Assembly: GCA_965649205.1 (NCBI GenBank)
Contig: CBFGJV010000003.1
Coordinates: 53,187-107,391, forward strand
Direction: 5' to 3'
DNA: 54,205 bases
DNA from: a candidate division WOR-3 bacterium
GTDB taxonomy: Bacteria; Hydrothermota; Tepidihabitantia; Tepidihabitantales; Tepidihabitantaceae
Shown: piece by piece, positions 19,453-29,375 of the stretch
Numbering within the stretch: position 1 is the stretch's first letter
How the letters are laid out: each line of letters starts with the position of its first letter
The notes under the pieces: generated by a model
The model's database searches: none
Told to the model about the DNA's origin: nothing
What the model saw: only the letters and a program-made list of their open reading frames with translations
Program-made: the position numbers and the translations under genes

Positions 19453-19929
19453 ATGAAAAACTCCGCAAGATACCTGACAGTTCTGGCCTGTGTAATGCTG
19501 GCTGTAACGCTGGTAGGTTGCCCCAAAAAAGCAGTGAAAACCGAGTGGGTTCCTCCAGTTGCTCCGGACACCACTACACAGCAGGTACCACCTCCGAAAC
19601 CAGAACTGGAACTTAGCACCATTTATTTCGACTTCGACAAATCCGACATTCGCGCAAGCGAAGTGCAGAAACTATCCGACAATGCCGAGCAGATAAAGAA
19701 AAACCCATCCGTATCGGTCACCATTGAAGGGCACTGCTGTCCTATCGGCACTTCTGAATACAACATGGCTCTGGGGCAGCGTCGGGCTGAAGCAGCCAAG
19801 GCATACCTGGTGAAGCTGGGCGTGCCGGCCAGCCAGCTTTCTACCGTCAGCTACGGCGAGGAACGACTAGTTACTACCAACGAAAGTCAGTACCATTTGA
19901 ACCGCCGCTGCGAGTTCAAAACCCAGTAA
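19453..19929 (+). CDS. pal: Peptidoglycan-associated lipoprotein (OmpA-like domain)
   Basis: Lipobox LVGC; motifs IYFDFDKS, EYNMALGQRRA, VSYGEE and NRR; adjacent to cpoB and tolQR. ATG 19453 fits the SD spacing better than 19447. Confidence 0.9.
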   Translation: MKNSARYLTVLACVMLAVTLVGCPKKAVKTEWVPPVAPDTTTQQVPPPKPELELSTIYFDFDKSDIRASEVQKLSDNAEQIKKNPSVSVTIEGHCCPIGTSEYNMALGQRRAEAAKAYLVKLGVPASQLSTVSYGEERLVTTNESQYHLNRRCEFKTQ

Positions 19930-19961
19930 CGTTACTGACCGCAGCGAACGTCTGATGAATA

Positions 19962-20744
19962 ATGACAGCCAGTAGGTTCAGGGCGGCAGCCAGAATTGGT
20001 CTGGTACTCTCCCTGGGCCTGCTGGCTGTGTTCTTTAATCGCTGTTCCCTCCACCGTGAATATGTTCGTCGGGGTGTAGTTCTAGACTCTTTAGCGGTTC
20101 GTACCGAAAGAAATGCCGAGACTCAACTTTCCTTTCTGCGCGACCTGCGCGCTCAGACTCTCACCGAACTGGAGACAATCCAGCGTCGTATTGAGGAGCT
20201 GGAAGCCCGCCTCATAGACCTGGACGAACGTCTGGCCAGAATAGGTCGCCGTCTGGGGGTCTGGTACGAAGCCGGTACAGAGACCGGAATGCCTGCACCC
20301 GATACGGAGCGCACAAAAGCCGAATCAGCCAAAACGGCAATTGTTCCTCCCAACCCCAACCGAGCGGGTATAGACCCCGATCAACTTTACAATACGGCCT
20401 ATCTGGACTTCACTCGGGGCAAATATCAATTAGCTGTGGCCGGATTTGACCAGTTTCTCCAGAACTTTCCCGATTCGGACCTGGCCGATAATGCTCAATA
20501 CTGGAAAGCCGAATGTTACTACTCGATGAACGACTTGACCCGTGCGGAAGAAGAATTCAAACTGGTACTTACCAAGTATCCCACCGGGAACAAAATAGCC
20601 TCCGCGGCCTACAAGTTGGGGTTGGTATATCTGGCGCAGAACCGGCAAACCGAAGCCAAGCGGCAACTCCAGGAAGTTATAGCCAAATACCCCGGCACCA
20701 CCGAAGCCAAATTGGCCCAGGAACGCCTGAGTTCTTTGGAATAG
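19962..20744 (+). CDS. cpoB: Tol-Pal system TPR protein (CpoB/YbgF)
   Basis: N-terminal coiled coil; TPRs LYNTAYLDFTRGKY, FPDSDLADNAQYW, YPTGNK and KYPGT. Confidence 0.88.
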   Translation: MTASRFRAAARIGLVLSLGLLAVFFNRCSLHREYVRRGVVLDSLAVRTERNAETQLSFLRDLRAQTLTELETIQRRIEELEARLIDLDERLARIGRRLGVWYEAGTETGMPAPDTERTKAESAKTAIVPPNPNRAGIDPDQLYNTAYLDFTRGKYQLAVAGFDQFLQNFPDSDLADNAQYWKAECYYSMNDLTRAEEEFKLVLTKYPTGNKIASAAYKLGLVYLAQNRQTEAKRQLQEVIAKYPGTTEAKLAQERLSSLE

Positions 20745-20748
20745 CAAA

Positions 20749-21513
20749 ATGACGCCACAGACGCCACCAGCTTCTGAAGGCTTTTTCGGTCCCTTCCTGC
20801 ATGCTGGCCCCTTTGCCCAAGGCGTAATTCTCGCCTTGCTAATAATGTCTATAATAAGTTGGGCAGTAATCCTGCGCAAGGCACGCACCATCCGTCGAGC
20901 GGCGGGACAGACAAAACAATTTCTCAATCTATTTGGCCTACGTACCCGATTAGGTGATTATGACCAGGTAGCCCGCCACCTCCGTGCTTCGCCTCTCTCC
21001 AGCCTGTTGCTGGCTGGTGTAGAGGAGTGGCTGAAACTGCGCCGGGACTTTCAGGGGACTGCCCAAGCTGCAGAACTGCTTCAACAACTGATTCCAAACA
21101 TCACCGAAGCTATGGAACGTGCTGCATCCCGGGAGTCGGACAAACTGGAAAGCTGGCTGCCGTTTCTGGCTATCACTACCATGGTAGCACCTTTTCTTGG
21201 CCTCTTGGGCACTGTGCAAGGAGTTCTGGTAACCTTTCTCGGTCTTCGTACTACCCAGATACCCACTCTGCAGACTATAGCGCCGGGCATTTCTGACGCC
21301 CTTATAACCACCATAATGGGCTTAGTGGTAGCTATACCCGCTGCTTTTTTCTATAACTACTTCGTAGGCCGGGTACGCAGTCTACAATCCGAGATGGACC
21401 GATTTTCGTCTGAACTCACAGGCATCTTGCGCCGGGAAATTATCTTTTCGCAACTGGAACTCAATGAATCTCGCCCCCAAGAATCCCGAACCGGCAGAAC
21501 TCAGAGAGATTAG
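20749..21513 (+). CDS. tolQ: MotA/TolQ/ExbB proton channel protein
   Basis: Motifs MSIISWAVI, APFLGLLGTVQG and APGISDALITTIMGLVVAIPA. Confidence 0.9.
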   Translation: MTPQTPPASEGFFGPFLHAGPFAQGVILALLIMSIISWAVILRKARTIRRAAGQTKQFLNLFGLRTRLGDYDQVARHLRASPLSSLLLAGVEEWLKLRRDFQGTAQAAELLQQLIPNITEAMERAASRESDKLESWLPFLAITTMVAPFLGLLGTVQGVLVTFLGLRTTQIPTLQTIAPGISDALITTIMGLVVAIPAAFFYNYFVGRVRSLQSEMDRFSSELTGILRREIIFSQLELNESRPQESRTGRTQRD

Positions 21514-21576
21514 TCCCGTGTTCGATCATTCTCATTGCTCTTCCTGCTCATTTGTTCCCTTGCTTTTCGAACTTTG

Positions 21577-21984
21577 ATGAAAAAAGAACGCAGACTCAAA
21601 CTTCTGGCGGAAATGAATGTAAGCTCCCTGGCAGACGTAAGCTTTACTCTAATGGTCATATTTCTTATCGCCGGTGTCTCTACTGCTTTCAGCCGACTGC
21701 AGAGTATAGAACTGAACCTCCCGCGCGCATCCACTCTGGAAGTGAGCCCAAAGGAAGGACTTGAAGTAAGCATCCGGCAAAATGGCGAAATATATGTAGG
21801 CCGCAAGTTGGTAAGCTTGGCTGGCTTCCCTAAGACCTTGGGCGAACAATGGGCTCGGGGTAACTATGACCGGGTGTTCCTGCGCGCAGACAAAAAAGTC
21901 GAATACGGTATGATTATGGAGATACTGTCTGCAATACGGGAGCAAGGAATCACAAACATTGGACTCGTGGCTCTCCCTAAGTGA
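21577..21984 (+). CDS. tolR: TolR/ExbD biopolymer transport protein
   Basis: Motifs EMNVSSLADVSFTLMVIF and LRADKKVEYG; start reassigned to ATG 21577. Confidence 0.85.
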   Translation: MKKERRLKLLAEMNVSSLADVSFTLMVIFLIAGVSTAFSRLQSIELNLPRASTLEVSPKEGLEVSIRQNGEIYVGRKLVSLAGFPKTLGEQWARGNYDRVFLRADKKVEYGMIMEILSAIREQGITNIGLVALPK

Positions 21985-21993
21985 GGAGGCCAT

Positions 21994-22572
21994 GTGCGAC
22001 GCGAGATACTGTTCTCTTTTCTGGGTCATGTCGTTCTACTCCTTGGCATAGCTTTTGTGTCCGGCCTGCGAGCCCAGCGCGAAAGTCGGCGACCCAACGT
22101 AATCACAGTCCAGATAGTCAATCCGGGCACGCCCCAACCGGCCCCTGAGAGCCCCACAACCCATGTGGTAGAACCTAAGCCCAAACCGCAGATTACCACC
22201 AAACCAGAGCCGAAATCGACGCAAGAGAAAAAAGAGAATCTGGTAAAGAAACACGGGCTGGGCGCCCGCATCGAGGGGGCAGATGCTCTTGGTTATGCCT
22301 ATTATCTGAACATCATTCTCAACCGCATAGCCGAGAACTGGCTGAATCCCTATGCTGGTCAGGCTCGTACCTATCGGGCCACCGTTTATTTTGTCATTCA
22401 AAGGGATGGCTCTGTTACCGATGTCAAACTGGAAAAAAGCTCAGGAGACGCAGCCTACGATGCTTCCTGTACCAGAGCCCTGCTTGCCACCGAGAAGCTG
22501 CCTCCTCTGCCGCCCGAATATACTGCAAGCAACCAGCTCAAACTGCATCTGGAATTCGAATCCACCCCCTAA
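21994..22572 (+). CDS. tolA: Short TolA/TonB-family energy transducer
   Basis: TM segment with SFLGH, Pro/Lys linker, TonB_2-type C-terminus (RIAENW...FVIQRDG...SSGDAAYD...LPPLP). Confidence 0.75.
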   Translation: MRREILFSFLGHVVLLLGIAFVSGLRAQRESRRPNVITVQIVNPGTPQPAPESPTTHVVEPKPKPQITTKPEPKSTQEKKENLVKKHGLGARIEGADALGYAYYLNIILNRIAENWLNPYAGQARTYRATVYFVIQRDGSVTDVKLEKSSGDAAYDASCTRALLATEKLPPLPPEYTASNQLKLHLEFESTP

Positions 22573-22596
22573 TTCTCCTCTTTCGCTAACTCCTGT

Positions 22597-22625
22597 TTGA
22601 CATCTGTGCTGGTTGTCGCTATAAG
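22597..22625 (+). promoter_or_regulatory. sigma70-type promoter of dnaE
   Basis: TTGACA-N17-TATAAG, 15 nt before the ATG. Confidence 0.6.
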
Positions 22626-22640
22626 AAATCGACCCCTGCC

Positions 22641-25600
22641 ATGAAAAAGGACAAGGTTAATTTTATTCACCTCCATAACCACTCCCAGTACAGCCTTCTG
22701 GATGGGGCCTCGCGTCTAGAGGATATGGCCAAGCTGGCCGCGAGCTTCGGTATGTCAACTTTGGCACTCACCGACCACGGCAATATGTTCGGAGCCATAG
22801 AGTTTTACAAAGAAATGCGGAAGGTCGGAGTGAAGCCCATAATCGGCGCCGAATTGTATGTCGCTCCTGGCGACCGCCGAGAAAAAAGAGTGCACGCGGA
22901 TATTCCGGAATCGTCCTTTCATCTGACCCTGCTGGCTCGCGACGAAACCGGCTATTACAATCTGATGAAGCTCAGTACATTCTCCTATCTGGAAGGTTTC
23001 TACTATCGCCCGCGTATCGACAAGGAACTTCTGGCTCAACACAGTAAAGGTCTGATAGCTCTTTCCGGTTGTCTCAAAGGCGAAGTTAATTACTTCTTAC
23101 GTCGGGGCGAAACCGAAAAAGCCATGAGGGCCGCAGCCCAGTATCAGGAAATCATGGGCCCGGACGGTTTCTACTTGGAAATAATGCGAGCAGGGGTTCC
23201 AGAACAGGAACAGATAATTCCCGGCATCCTTGAACTTTCCCAATCGCTGGGAATACCGGTTGTGGCCACAAACGACTGTCACTATCTGAAAGCCGAAGAC
23301 GCCAAAGCCCAAGAAGTACTCGTCTGCATCCAGACCGGCAAGAAACTCTCGGAACCCAACCGAATGCGAATGGCCTCCGAGCAGTTCTACTTTCGTTCTC
23401 CTCGGGAAATGGCAGACCTTTTTGCTGATATACCTTCCGCCATAGAAAACACAAAACTCATAGCCGACCAGTGCAATCTTCTGCTCGATTTTGACCGTAT
23501 GGCGCTGAACCTGCCTCGCTACCGTCCCCCAGAAGAGTACAAGGACGATTTTAACTATCTGCAGCACCTGGCTTGGGAAGGATTGAGACGACGTTACCCA
23601 AGCGCTACTCCAGGTGTAGAAGAACGATTGAAGTCGGAATTGGAAGTAATCAAGAAAATGGGCTTTGCCGGTTACTTTCTCATCGTCCGGGATATAGTGG
23701 AATTTGCCCGCCAGAAAGGCATTCCAGTAGGACCAGGACGTGGCTCTGCGGCAGGATGTCTGGTACTTTACTGTCTGGGCATTACGGATATTGATCCGCT
23801 GAAATATGGCCTGTTGTTTGAACGCTTCCTAAATGTGGAAAGAGTATCTATGCCGGATGTAGACATTGATTTCTCCGACACCCGCCGCCAGGAAATAATA
23901 GACTACATACGGGAACGATACGGCAAAGATTCAGTTGCCCAAATAATCACATTTGGAACTATGGCGGCACGGGCGGTAATACGCGATGTTGGCCGCGTCC
24001 TAGATATACCTATTGCCGAGGTGGACCGTCTGACCAAGCTGATTCCCCGCGAAGCTGAAAAGCTGGAACATGCCTTGGCGCGGTCTGCGGAGTTTAAGCA
24101 GGCAATAGAAGCAAAACCAGAGTACCGGGAAATGCTAAAGATAGCCCAGAAACTGGAAGGTTTGAATCGCCACGCTTCTATCCACGCTTCGGCTGTAGTA
24201 ATTGCTCCCCGTCCTCTGAGCGAACTGGTACCTTTGTACCGGACACCAGACTCCGACATATGTACGCAATACGATATGTATTCTTTGGAATCGGTGGGCC
24301 TTCTGAAACTGGATGTCCTTGGTTTGCGCACTCTCACAGTCATAGAAGAAGCAGAGCGACTGATACACGAATCGAACCCTAAATTCTCCCTCGCTCAGAT
24401 TCCTCCGGACGACCCTAAAACCTACCAGTTGCTGCAACGCGCAGAAACTGTAGGAGTTTTCCAGCTGGAAAGCGAAGGTATGCGCGACCTCTGTCGTCGA
24501 CTCGTACCGGAAAATCTGGAACACATTATCGCCCTGATCGCGCTATATCGGCCCGGCCCCATGAAACTGCTCGACTCCTTTGTAGCCCGCAAAGCTGGCA
24601 ACGAGCCAGTAGAATACGCCCACCCTTTACTGGAACCCATCTGCCGCGAAACCTACGGAATAATGATATACCAAGAGCAGGTCATACAGGCAGCCCGGGT
24701 TCTGGCCGGATACACGCTGGGAAAAGCGGACGTTTTGCGCCGAGCCATGGGCAAGAAGGACCCGGCGGAGATGGAATCGCTGCGACAGACGTTCATCGAA
24801 GGCTGTCAACGGCATAATCGCATTCCAGCTGAAAAAGCTACAAGCATATTCGACCTGCTCGCCAAGTTTGCCGGTTATGGCTTCAACAAGTCTCATGCTG
24901 CCGGTTACGCACACCTCTCCTACATAACTGCCTATCTGAAAGCCAATTTTCCCCGCGAGTTCATCGCTGCCACCCTCACCAGTGAGTTGGGCGATTCCAA
25001 GAAACTGGCCAAGTTCGTAACAGAAGCCAGACGGATGGGATTGACTATTCTCGGTCCGGATGTAAACAAGAGTGATACCCGCTTCTCCATTGAAAAAGAA
25101 GGGGTACGCTTCGGCCTGGCCGGTATCCGCAACCTGGGACTGGGAGCCAGCGAGAAAATAGTGCAGGAACGTAAAGAGCGCGGTCCTTACAAAGACCTTT
25201 TGGATTTCCTTGTGCGTAATCGCGGAACAGTCAACCGTAAAGCAGCCGAAGCACTTATCAAGGCAGGGGCCTTCGAGTGGACTGGAAGAAACCGAGCTCA
25301 GCTTCTTTCCATTTTAGAAACAGAAATGGCCAAAGCCTCGTCAGAAAAACTCAGATTTGCCCAACTCCAAAAAGATTTGTTTGGGCTTCAACAGGAAGAA
25401 GAGGCGGTGCCAGACCCAGACAAAAAACTTGAGACCCACGACCTTCTATCTTTTGAAAAGGACGCTTTCGGATTCTACTTTTCTTCTCATCCCTTGGAAC
25501 CCTATCGCCTTCAGTACCAGGCCCTTCGCTTTGTCTCTACCGAACAGTTAGAACAAAAGGAAGATAACGAACCGGTAAATATAGCGGGAATTATCACTGC

Positions 25601-26153
25601 ACGCCGCCTCAAACGCAGTAAACAGAACCAAGACTACCTTGTAGCCACAGTCGAAGATTTCGAAGGGTGGACAGAAGTAATGGTATTCTCCAGTCTGCTC
25701 GAAAAAAGCCGAGAATACCTGCAAACCGATCGTCTGGTAGTAATTCAGGGGCGGGTACGCAAACGGGAGGGTGGCGTACCTCAAATCTGGGCAGAACGCG
25801 TAATTCCCTTTGCTGATACGGAAAAATATCTCACTGCCATAACTATTGCCCTGCCGCGGGACGGATGCGATGAAACAGAACTAACCAAGTTGCGCGACCT
25901 GCTGCATAATCATCCTGGTAACTCTCCGGTATTTCTGAAGCTCTCTCTGAAAGACGGGGGCACTGAAGTATTCAGAGCCAAGAACTACACGGTCACCATC
26001 AGCCACGAGCTTGTTGCTTCCCTGTTGGAAATCTTCGGTCCAGAATCAGTCTTGCTTCGCGGCGAGCTGCCGGCACTGGAAGCAAGGTCGCGAAACAGAA
26101 TTACAGCGGAAAGAAAAATCCAACAGGCAAATAACAAGAAATCAGACAGATAA
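22641..26153 (+). CDS. dnaE: DNA polymerase III alpha subunit
   Basis: PHP motif HLHNHSQYSLLDG, GPGRGSAAG, PDVDIDF, KLDVLGL and YGFNKSH; normal length with no intein. Confidence 0.98.
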   Translation: MKKDKVNFIHLHNHSQYSLLDGASRLEDMAKLAASFGMSTLALTDHGNMFGAIEFYKEMRKVGVKPIIGAELYVAPGDRREKRVHADIPESSFHLTLLARDETGYYNLMKLSTFSYLEGFYYRPRIDKELLAQHSKGLIALSGCLKGEVNYFLRRGETEKAMRAAAQYQEIMGPDGFYLEIMRAGVPEQEQIIPGILELSQSLGIPVVATNDCHYLKAEDAKAQEVLVCIQTGKKLSEPNRMRMASEQFYFRSPREMADLFADIPSAIENTKLIADQCNLLLDFDRMALNLPRYRPPEEYKDDFNYLQHLAWEGLRRRYPSATPGVEERLKSELEVIKKMGFAGYFLIVRDIVEFARQKGIPVGPGRGSAAGCLVLYCLGITDIDPLKYGLLFERFLNVERVSMPDVDIDFSDTRRQEIIDYIRERYGKDSVAQIITFGTMAARAVIRDVGRVLDIPIAEVDRLTKLIPREAEKLEHALARSAEFKQAIEAKPEYREMLKIAQKLEGLNRHASIHASAVVIAPRPLSELVPLYRTPDSDICTQYDMYSLESVGLLKLDVLGLRTLTVIEEAERLIHESNPKFSLAQIPPDDPKTYQLLQRAETVGVFQLESEGMRDLCRRLVPENLEHIIALIALYRPGPMKLLDSFVARKAGNEPVEYAHPLLEPICRETYGIMIYQEQVIQAARVLAGYTLGKADVLRRAMGKKDPAEMESLRQTFIEGCQRHNRIPAEKATSIFDLLAKFAGYGFNKSHAAGYAHLSYITAYLKANFPREFIAATLTSELGDSKKLAKFVTEARRMGLTILGPDVNKSDTRFSIEKEGVRFGLAGIRNLGLGASEKIVQERKERGPYKDLLDFLVRNRGTVNRKAAEALIKAGAFEWTGRNRAQLLSILETEMAKASSEKLRFAQLQKDLFGLQQEEEAVPDPDKKLETHDLLSFEKDAFGFYFSSHPLEPYRLQYQALRFVSTEQLEQKEDNEPVNIAGIITARRLKRSKQNQDYLVATVEDFEGWTEVMVFSSLLEKSREYLQTDRLVVIQGRVRKREGGVPQIWAERVIPFADTEKYLTAITIALPRDGCDETELTKLRDLLHNHPGNSPVFLKLSLKDGGTEVFRAKNYTVTISHELVASLLEIFGPESVLLRGELPALEARSRNRITAERKIQQANNKKSDR

Positions 26154-26156
26154 CTT

Positions 26157-27098
26157 TTACCGACCGTCGCCAGACAGAGTCAGTTCATTGAGCCGCCGGA
26201 TGCGGTCGGCCAACGGTGGGTGTGAGGAAAACCAGTTAGCACTGATACCTCGGTCATGCGTAAAAGGATTGGTAACAAACATATGGGCCGTGGCGCTGGA
26301 AGCAGTAGCCAGTTTTTCCGTGCTCCTGGCCAGCTTGGTCAAGGCAGAAGCTAGTCCATGCGGGTTCCGAACTATGTAGGCTCCGGTGGCATCGGCCAAA
26401 TACTCACGCTGCCTCGAAATAGCAGCTCGGATCAGCATTACCGCTACGGGGGCCAGTATCGCCAGAACCAGAGCTATCAGTACCAAAACCAACTGGGCTT
26501 GCCCCCCGCCCCTATCAGTCGGACTACGCCGCCGTCGTCCGCCACCAAAAAACACCCCCCACCGCAGAAAAATGTCCCGGAACAGAATAATAAGTCCACC
26601 GATAATAGCCACCACTGTCATCAGGAGAATGTCATAGTTACGCACATGCGCCATTTCATGGGCTATAACTCCCTGCAGATCCTCGCGATTCATGATTTCC
26701 AGCAGTCCTCGTGTAACGGCGATCGCGGCATGAGCTGGATTGCGCCCCGTAGCGAAGGCATTAGGAACATGCGTGTCAATAACGTACACTTTGGGTTTAG
26801 GCAGTCCCGCCGCCAGCGCCACTTCTTCCACCACATTGTGCAGTTGGGCATACTCTGACACATCAGCTGGGTGTGCTCCGTTTATGGCCAGAGCAATTCT
26901 ATCCGCGTTGTAATAAAGAATTAGGTTGTAGAGTATAATCCCCAGTCCAAACAGAACATACGTATCCAGTCCCCAACCCATAATACTCCCAAGAATTACG
27001 CCGACAAAAGCCAACAGCAGGCTGATCACGACAATGAACAGGCCAGTCCCCCACTTATTGCGGGCGATCAATTTATACAGGTGTTGCCGTTCAGGCAT
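26157..27098 (-). CDS. htpX: M48 membrane zinc metalloprotease HtpX
   Basis: Motifs PNAFATG, HEMAH, SRQREYLAD and SSHPP; downstream of lemA. Confidence 0.92.
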   Translation of the reverse strand: MPERQHLYKLIARNKWGTGLFIVVISLLLAFVGVILGSIMGWGLDTYVLFGLGIILYNLILYYNADRIALAINGAHPADVSEYAQLHNVVEEVALAAGLPKPKVYVIDTHVPNAFATGRNPAHAAIAVTRGLLEIMNREDLQGVIAHEMAHVRNYDILLMTVVAIIGGLIILFRDIFLRWGVFFGGGRRRRSPTDRGGGQAQLVLVLIALVLAILAPVAVMLIRAAISRQREYLADATGAYIVRNPHGLASALTKLARSTEKLATASSATAHMFVTNPFTHDRGISANWFSSHPPLADRIRRLNELTLSGDGR

Positions 27099-27155
27099 AT
27101 GTTGCTACCAGCTATAGCCAGACAGATTCCGCAACTGAATAAAGCTGAATTCAGC

Positions 27156-27707
27156 CTAGAATTTTACTTTTGGCACTTCTCTTTCGGCTTCCGGTACTGA
27201 ATAGAACTCGGCCGGCTGAAAATGGAATATAAGAGCTATGATGTTTGAAGGGAATATCTGTATCTGATTGTTGTAGTCCATTACCACATCATTATAGAAC
27301 TGCCGCGCGAAGGAAATCTTGTTTTCGGTGGCCGTCAATTCTTCCTGAAGCCTGGCAAAATTCTCGTTTGCTTTCAGGTTCGGGTAGTTCTCCGCAACCG
27401 CAAACAGCGTTTTCAAGGTATCCGTAAGCATATTATCGGCCCTGGCTGCTTCAGCAGGAGTCTTGGCTCCCAAGGCCAGTGAACGTGCCTCGGCAATACG
27501 TTCAAAGATTGCTCTTTCGTGTGCGGCATAGCCTTTAACCGTTTCCACCAGATTGGGTATTAAGTCTATGCGTCTCTTCAATTGGACATCAATCTGATGC
27601 CAACCGTTCCGGACTCGGTTGCGCTTGATCACCAGACTGTTGTAAACGCCGATGACAAATAGCACGATAACCGCTAAAAGAACAATGACTATAATCAATG
27701 CAAGCAT
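27156..27707 (-). CDS. lemA: LemA family protein
   Basis: Motifs [33 protein letters not shown] and RQFYND. Confidence 0.96.
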   Translation of the reverse strand: MLALIIVIVLLAVIVLFVIGVYNSLVIKRNRVRNGWHQIDVQLKRRIDLIPNLVETVKGYAAHERAIFERIAEARSLALGAKTPAEAARADNMLTDTLKTLFAVAENYPNLKANENFARLQEELTATENKISFARQFYNDVVMDYNNQIQIFPSNIIALIFHFQPAEFYSVPEAEREVPKVKF

Positions 27708-27729
27708 GACATTCCTCCTCTTGAGTTCA

Positions 27730-27757
27730 ATGCTATATCGATCCTCATTCGTGTCAA
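27730..27757 (-). promoter_or_regulatory. sigma70-type promoter of lemA-htpX
   Basis: TTGACA-N16-TAGCAT, followed by SD GAGGAGG. Confidence 0.55.
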
Positions 27758-27776
27758 ACCACCGACCGTTTGTTTC

Positions 27777-28793
27777 CTATTCGCCACCTCGCCACTCCTG
27801 CTCTCTGTTCTGGCGACGTCTGGCCGCTTCATGTTCATGCCAAGTCTTGGAAAAAATGTGCGTGCCGTCACCCCGGGAAAGAAAATAAAGATACTCCGTG
27901 CTCTCTGGCCGCAGTGCGGCGGCCAGGGCCGTACGCCCGGGATTGCAGATAGGACCGGGGGGCAAACCGGAATGTAGATAAGTATTATAGGGCGAGTCTA
28001 TGCGCGTATCTTCCAGCGTAAGCCGTTTCTTGTGTACGGGCAGGATGTACTCCACCGTAGCACAGGACTGCAGCGGCATACCCCGTGCAAGACGATTCCG
28101 GAATATCCCGGCAATGATTGGTGCTTCCTCTGGCTGTACCGCTTCGCGTTCTACTATAGAAGCAAGGATTACGGTAGACGGAGATACATTAAGCGACGAT
28201 GGAGCCGAATCAGCCGTCTCCTCTGACATTACCAACTCTTTCCACACAGCCCGGAAACGCCGCACCATCCGTTCTATAACTGCCGACGGCTCTGCTCCTA
28301 TCTCAAATTCGTAAGTATCCGGGAACAAATATCCTTCAGCCGAGTTCAAGGAAATTCCCAAGCTATCGAGCAGAAGCCGGTCCTGACAGGCACGAAGAAA
28401 ATCCGTAGCCGAGCAGACTCCCTGCGCTTCCAGTATCTCAGCAATTTTCTGCATGGTGAAACCTTCCGGGATGGTTACACGGACACCCGTTCTGCCAGGC
28501 CGACTCATCTTCCAGAGCACAAACAGCTCTTCCGTATTATGACCAAACTCATATCTACCCTGACGGAGTCGCTTGTCGAAACCGAAGATACGCGCCAAGA
28601 TTCGAAACTTCTGGGGATTGTCAATCACGCCGTGCCTGTAGAGTGTGTCGGCGATATTCCGAGTAGACAAACCTGACCTAATAAAAACTATAACTGTTTT
28701 CTTATGAAGGGAAGAACAGAACAAGCCCGTGAATAGACCAACAATCAGAAACAAAGCGGCCGCGCAGAAGCCACGACTAATTATTTGTCTCAC
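27777..28793 (-). CDS. mltG: Endolytic transglycosylase MltG
   Basis: Motifs VTIPEG, EGYLFPDTY, LASIVERE, SPYNTY...GLPPGPICNPG and HIFS. Confidence 0.93.
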   Translation of the reverse strand: MRQIISRGFCAAALFLIVGLFTGLFCSSLHKKTVIVFIRSGLSTRNIADTLYRHGVIDNPQKFRILARIFGFDKRLRQGRYEFGHNTEELFVLWKMSRPGRTGVRVTIPEGFTMQKIAEILEAQGVCSATDFLRACQDRLLLDSLGISLNSAEGYLFPDTYEFEIGAEPSAVIERMVRRFRAVWKELVMSEETADSAPSSLNVSPSTVILASIVEREAVQPEEAPIIAGIFRNRLARGMPLQSCATVEYILPVHKKRLTLEDTRIDSPYNTYLHSGLPPGPICNPGRTALAAALRPESTEYLYFLSRGDGTHIFSKTWHEHEAARRRQNREQEWRGGE

Positions 28794-29293
28794 GTCTGAG
28801 TACTACTGGGAAGACTTTTCTGACTGTCCCTTATCCCCCGTCGACCAAGGTAAGATTCCAGTATCAGCGTTGCCGAGACGCAGTTTGCGGCCAGCTTATT
28901 CTTCTGCGTCCTGCCCCTTGAGCGTGGGCGCTGGCACAAGGGAAAACCACGCCGCTTTTGTCCCTGCGCTTCTGCCAAAACTTCAGCGGCCGCGGTAGTT
29001 GTATACCGCTCGTCCACGAATTCCATTGGCAATTTCAACTTGGCATACAGCTTGATAGCAAACTGTCTAACCTCCTCTGAACGAGCCGAAGGCCTGCCCG
29101 AAAGACTAAGCGGCAGTCCCAGAACTATAGTGTCTACTTCGTATTTCTGAACTAGTTCTGCAACCGCTTGGATAAGTTCTTCTTCATTAAAATGTCGAAT
29201 TGTCTCCAACCCTTGGGCAATAGTTTTTGTCTCGTCTGACACCGCCACGCCGGTGTAACGCGTTCCTAAATCTAGACTAAGCACACGACCCAT
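28790..29293 (-). CDS. yqgF: YqgF/RuvX pre-16S rRNA nuclease
   Basis: Motifs LSLDLGTRYTGVAVSD, VLGLP, DERYTT and SATLILESYL; start reassigned to ATG 29293. Confidence 0.9.
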   Translation of the reverse strand: MGRVLSLDLGTRYTGVAVSDETKTIAQGLETIRHFNEEELIQAVAELVQKYEVDTIVLGLPLSLSGRPSARSEEVRQFAIKLYAKLKLPMEFVDERYTTTAAAEVLAEAQGQKRRGFPLCQRPRSRGRTQKNKLAANCVSATLILESYLGRRGIRDSQKSLPSSTQT

Positions 29294-29300
29294 AAAAGAA

Positions 29301-29367
29301 AGTTTAAGACTCTTATTTCCCAAGTAAAGTTCTTACTGCTTGACTTGCTGATGCACGGGTATATAGT
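29301..29367. promoter_or_regulatory. Back-to-back divergent promoters for yqgF and lysS, both probably leaderless
   Basis: Minus strand: TTTACT(29328-29323)-N16-TAAACT, 7 nt to ATG 29293. Plus strand: TTGACT(29340)-N16-TATAGT, 8 nt to ATG 29376. Confidence 0.6.
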
Positions 29368-29375
29368 TTCCGCCG

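Noticed and set aside
22641..26153. Intein or split in dnaE
   Set aside because: Length is normal (1170 aa) with contiguous motifs.
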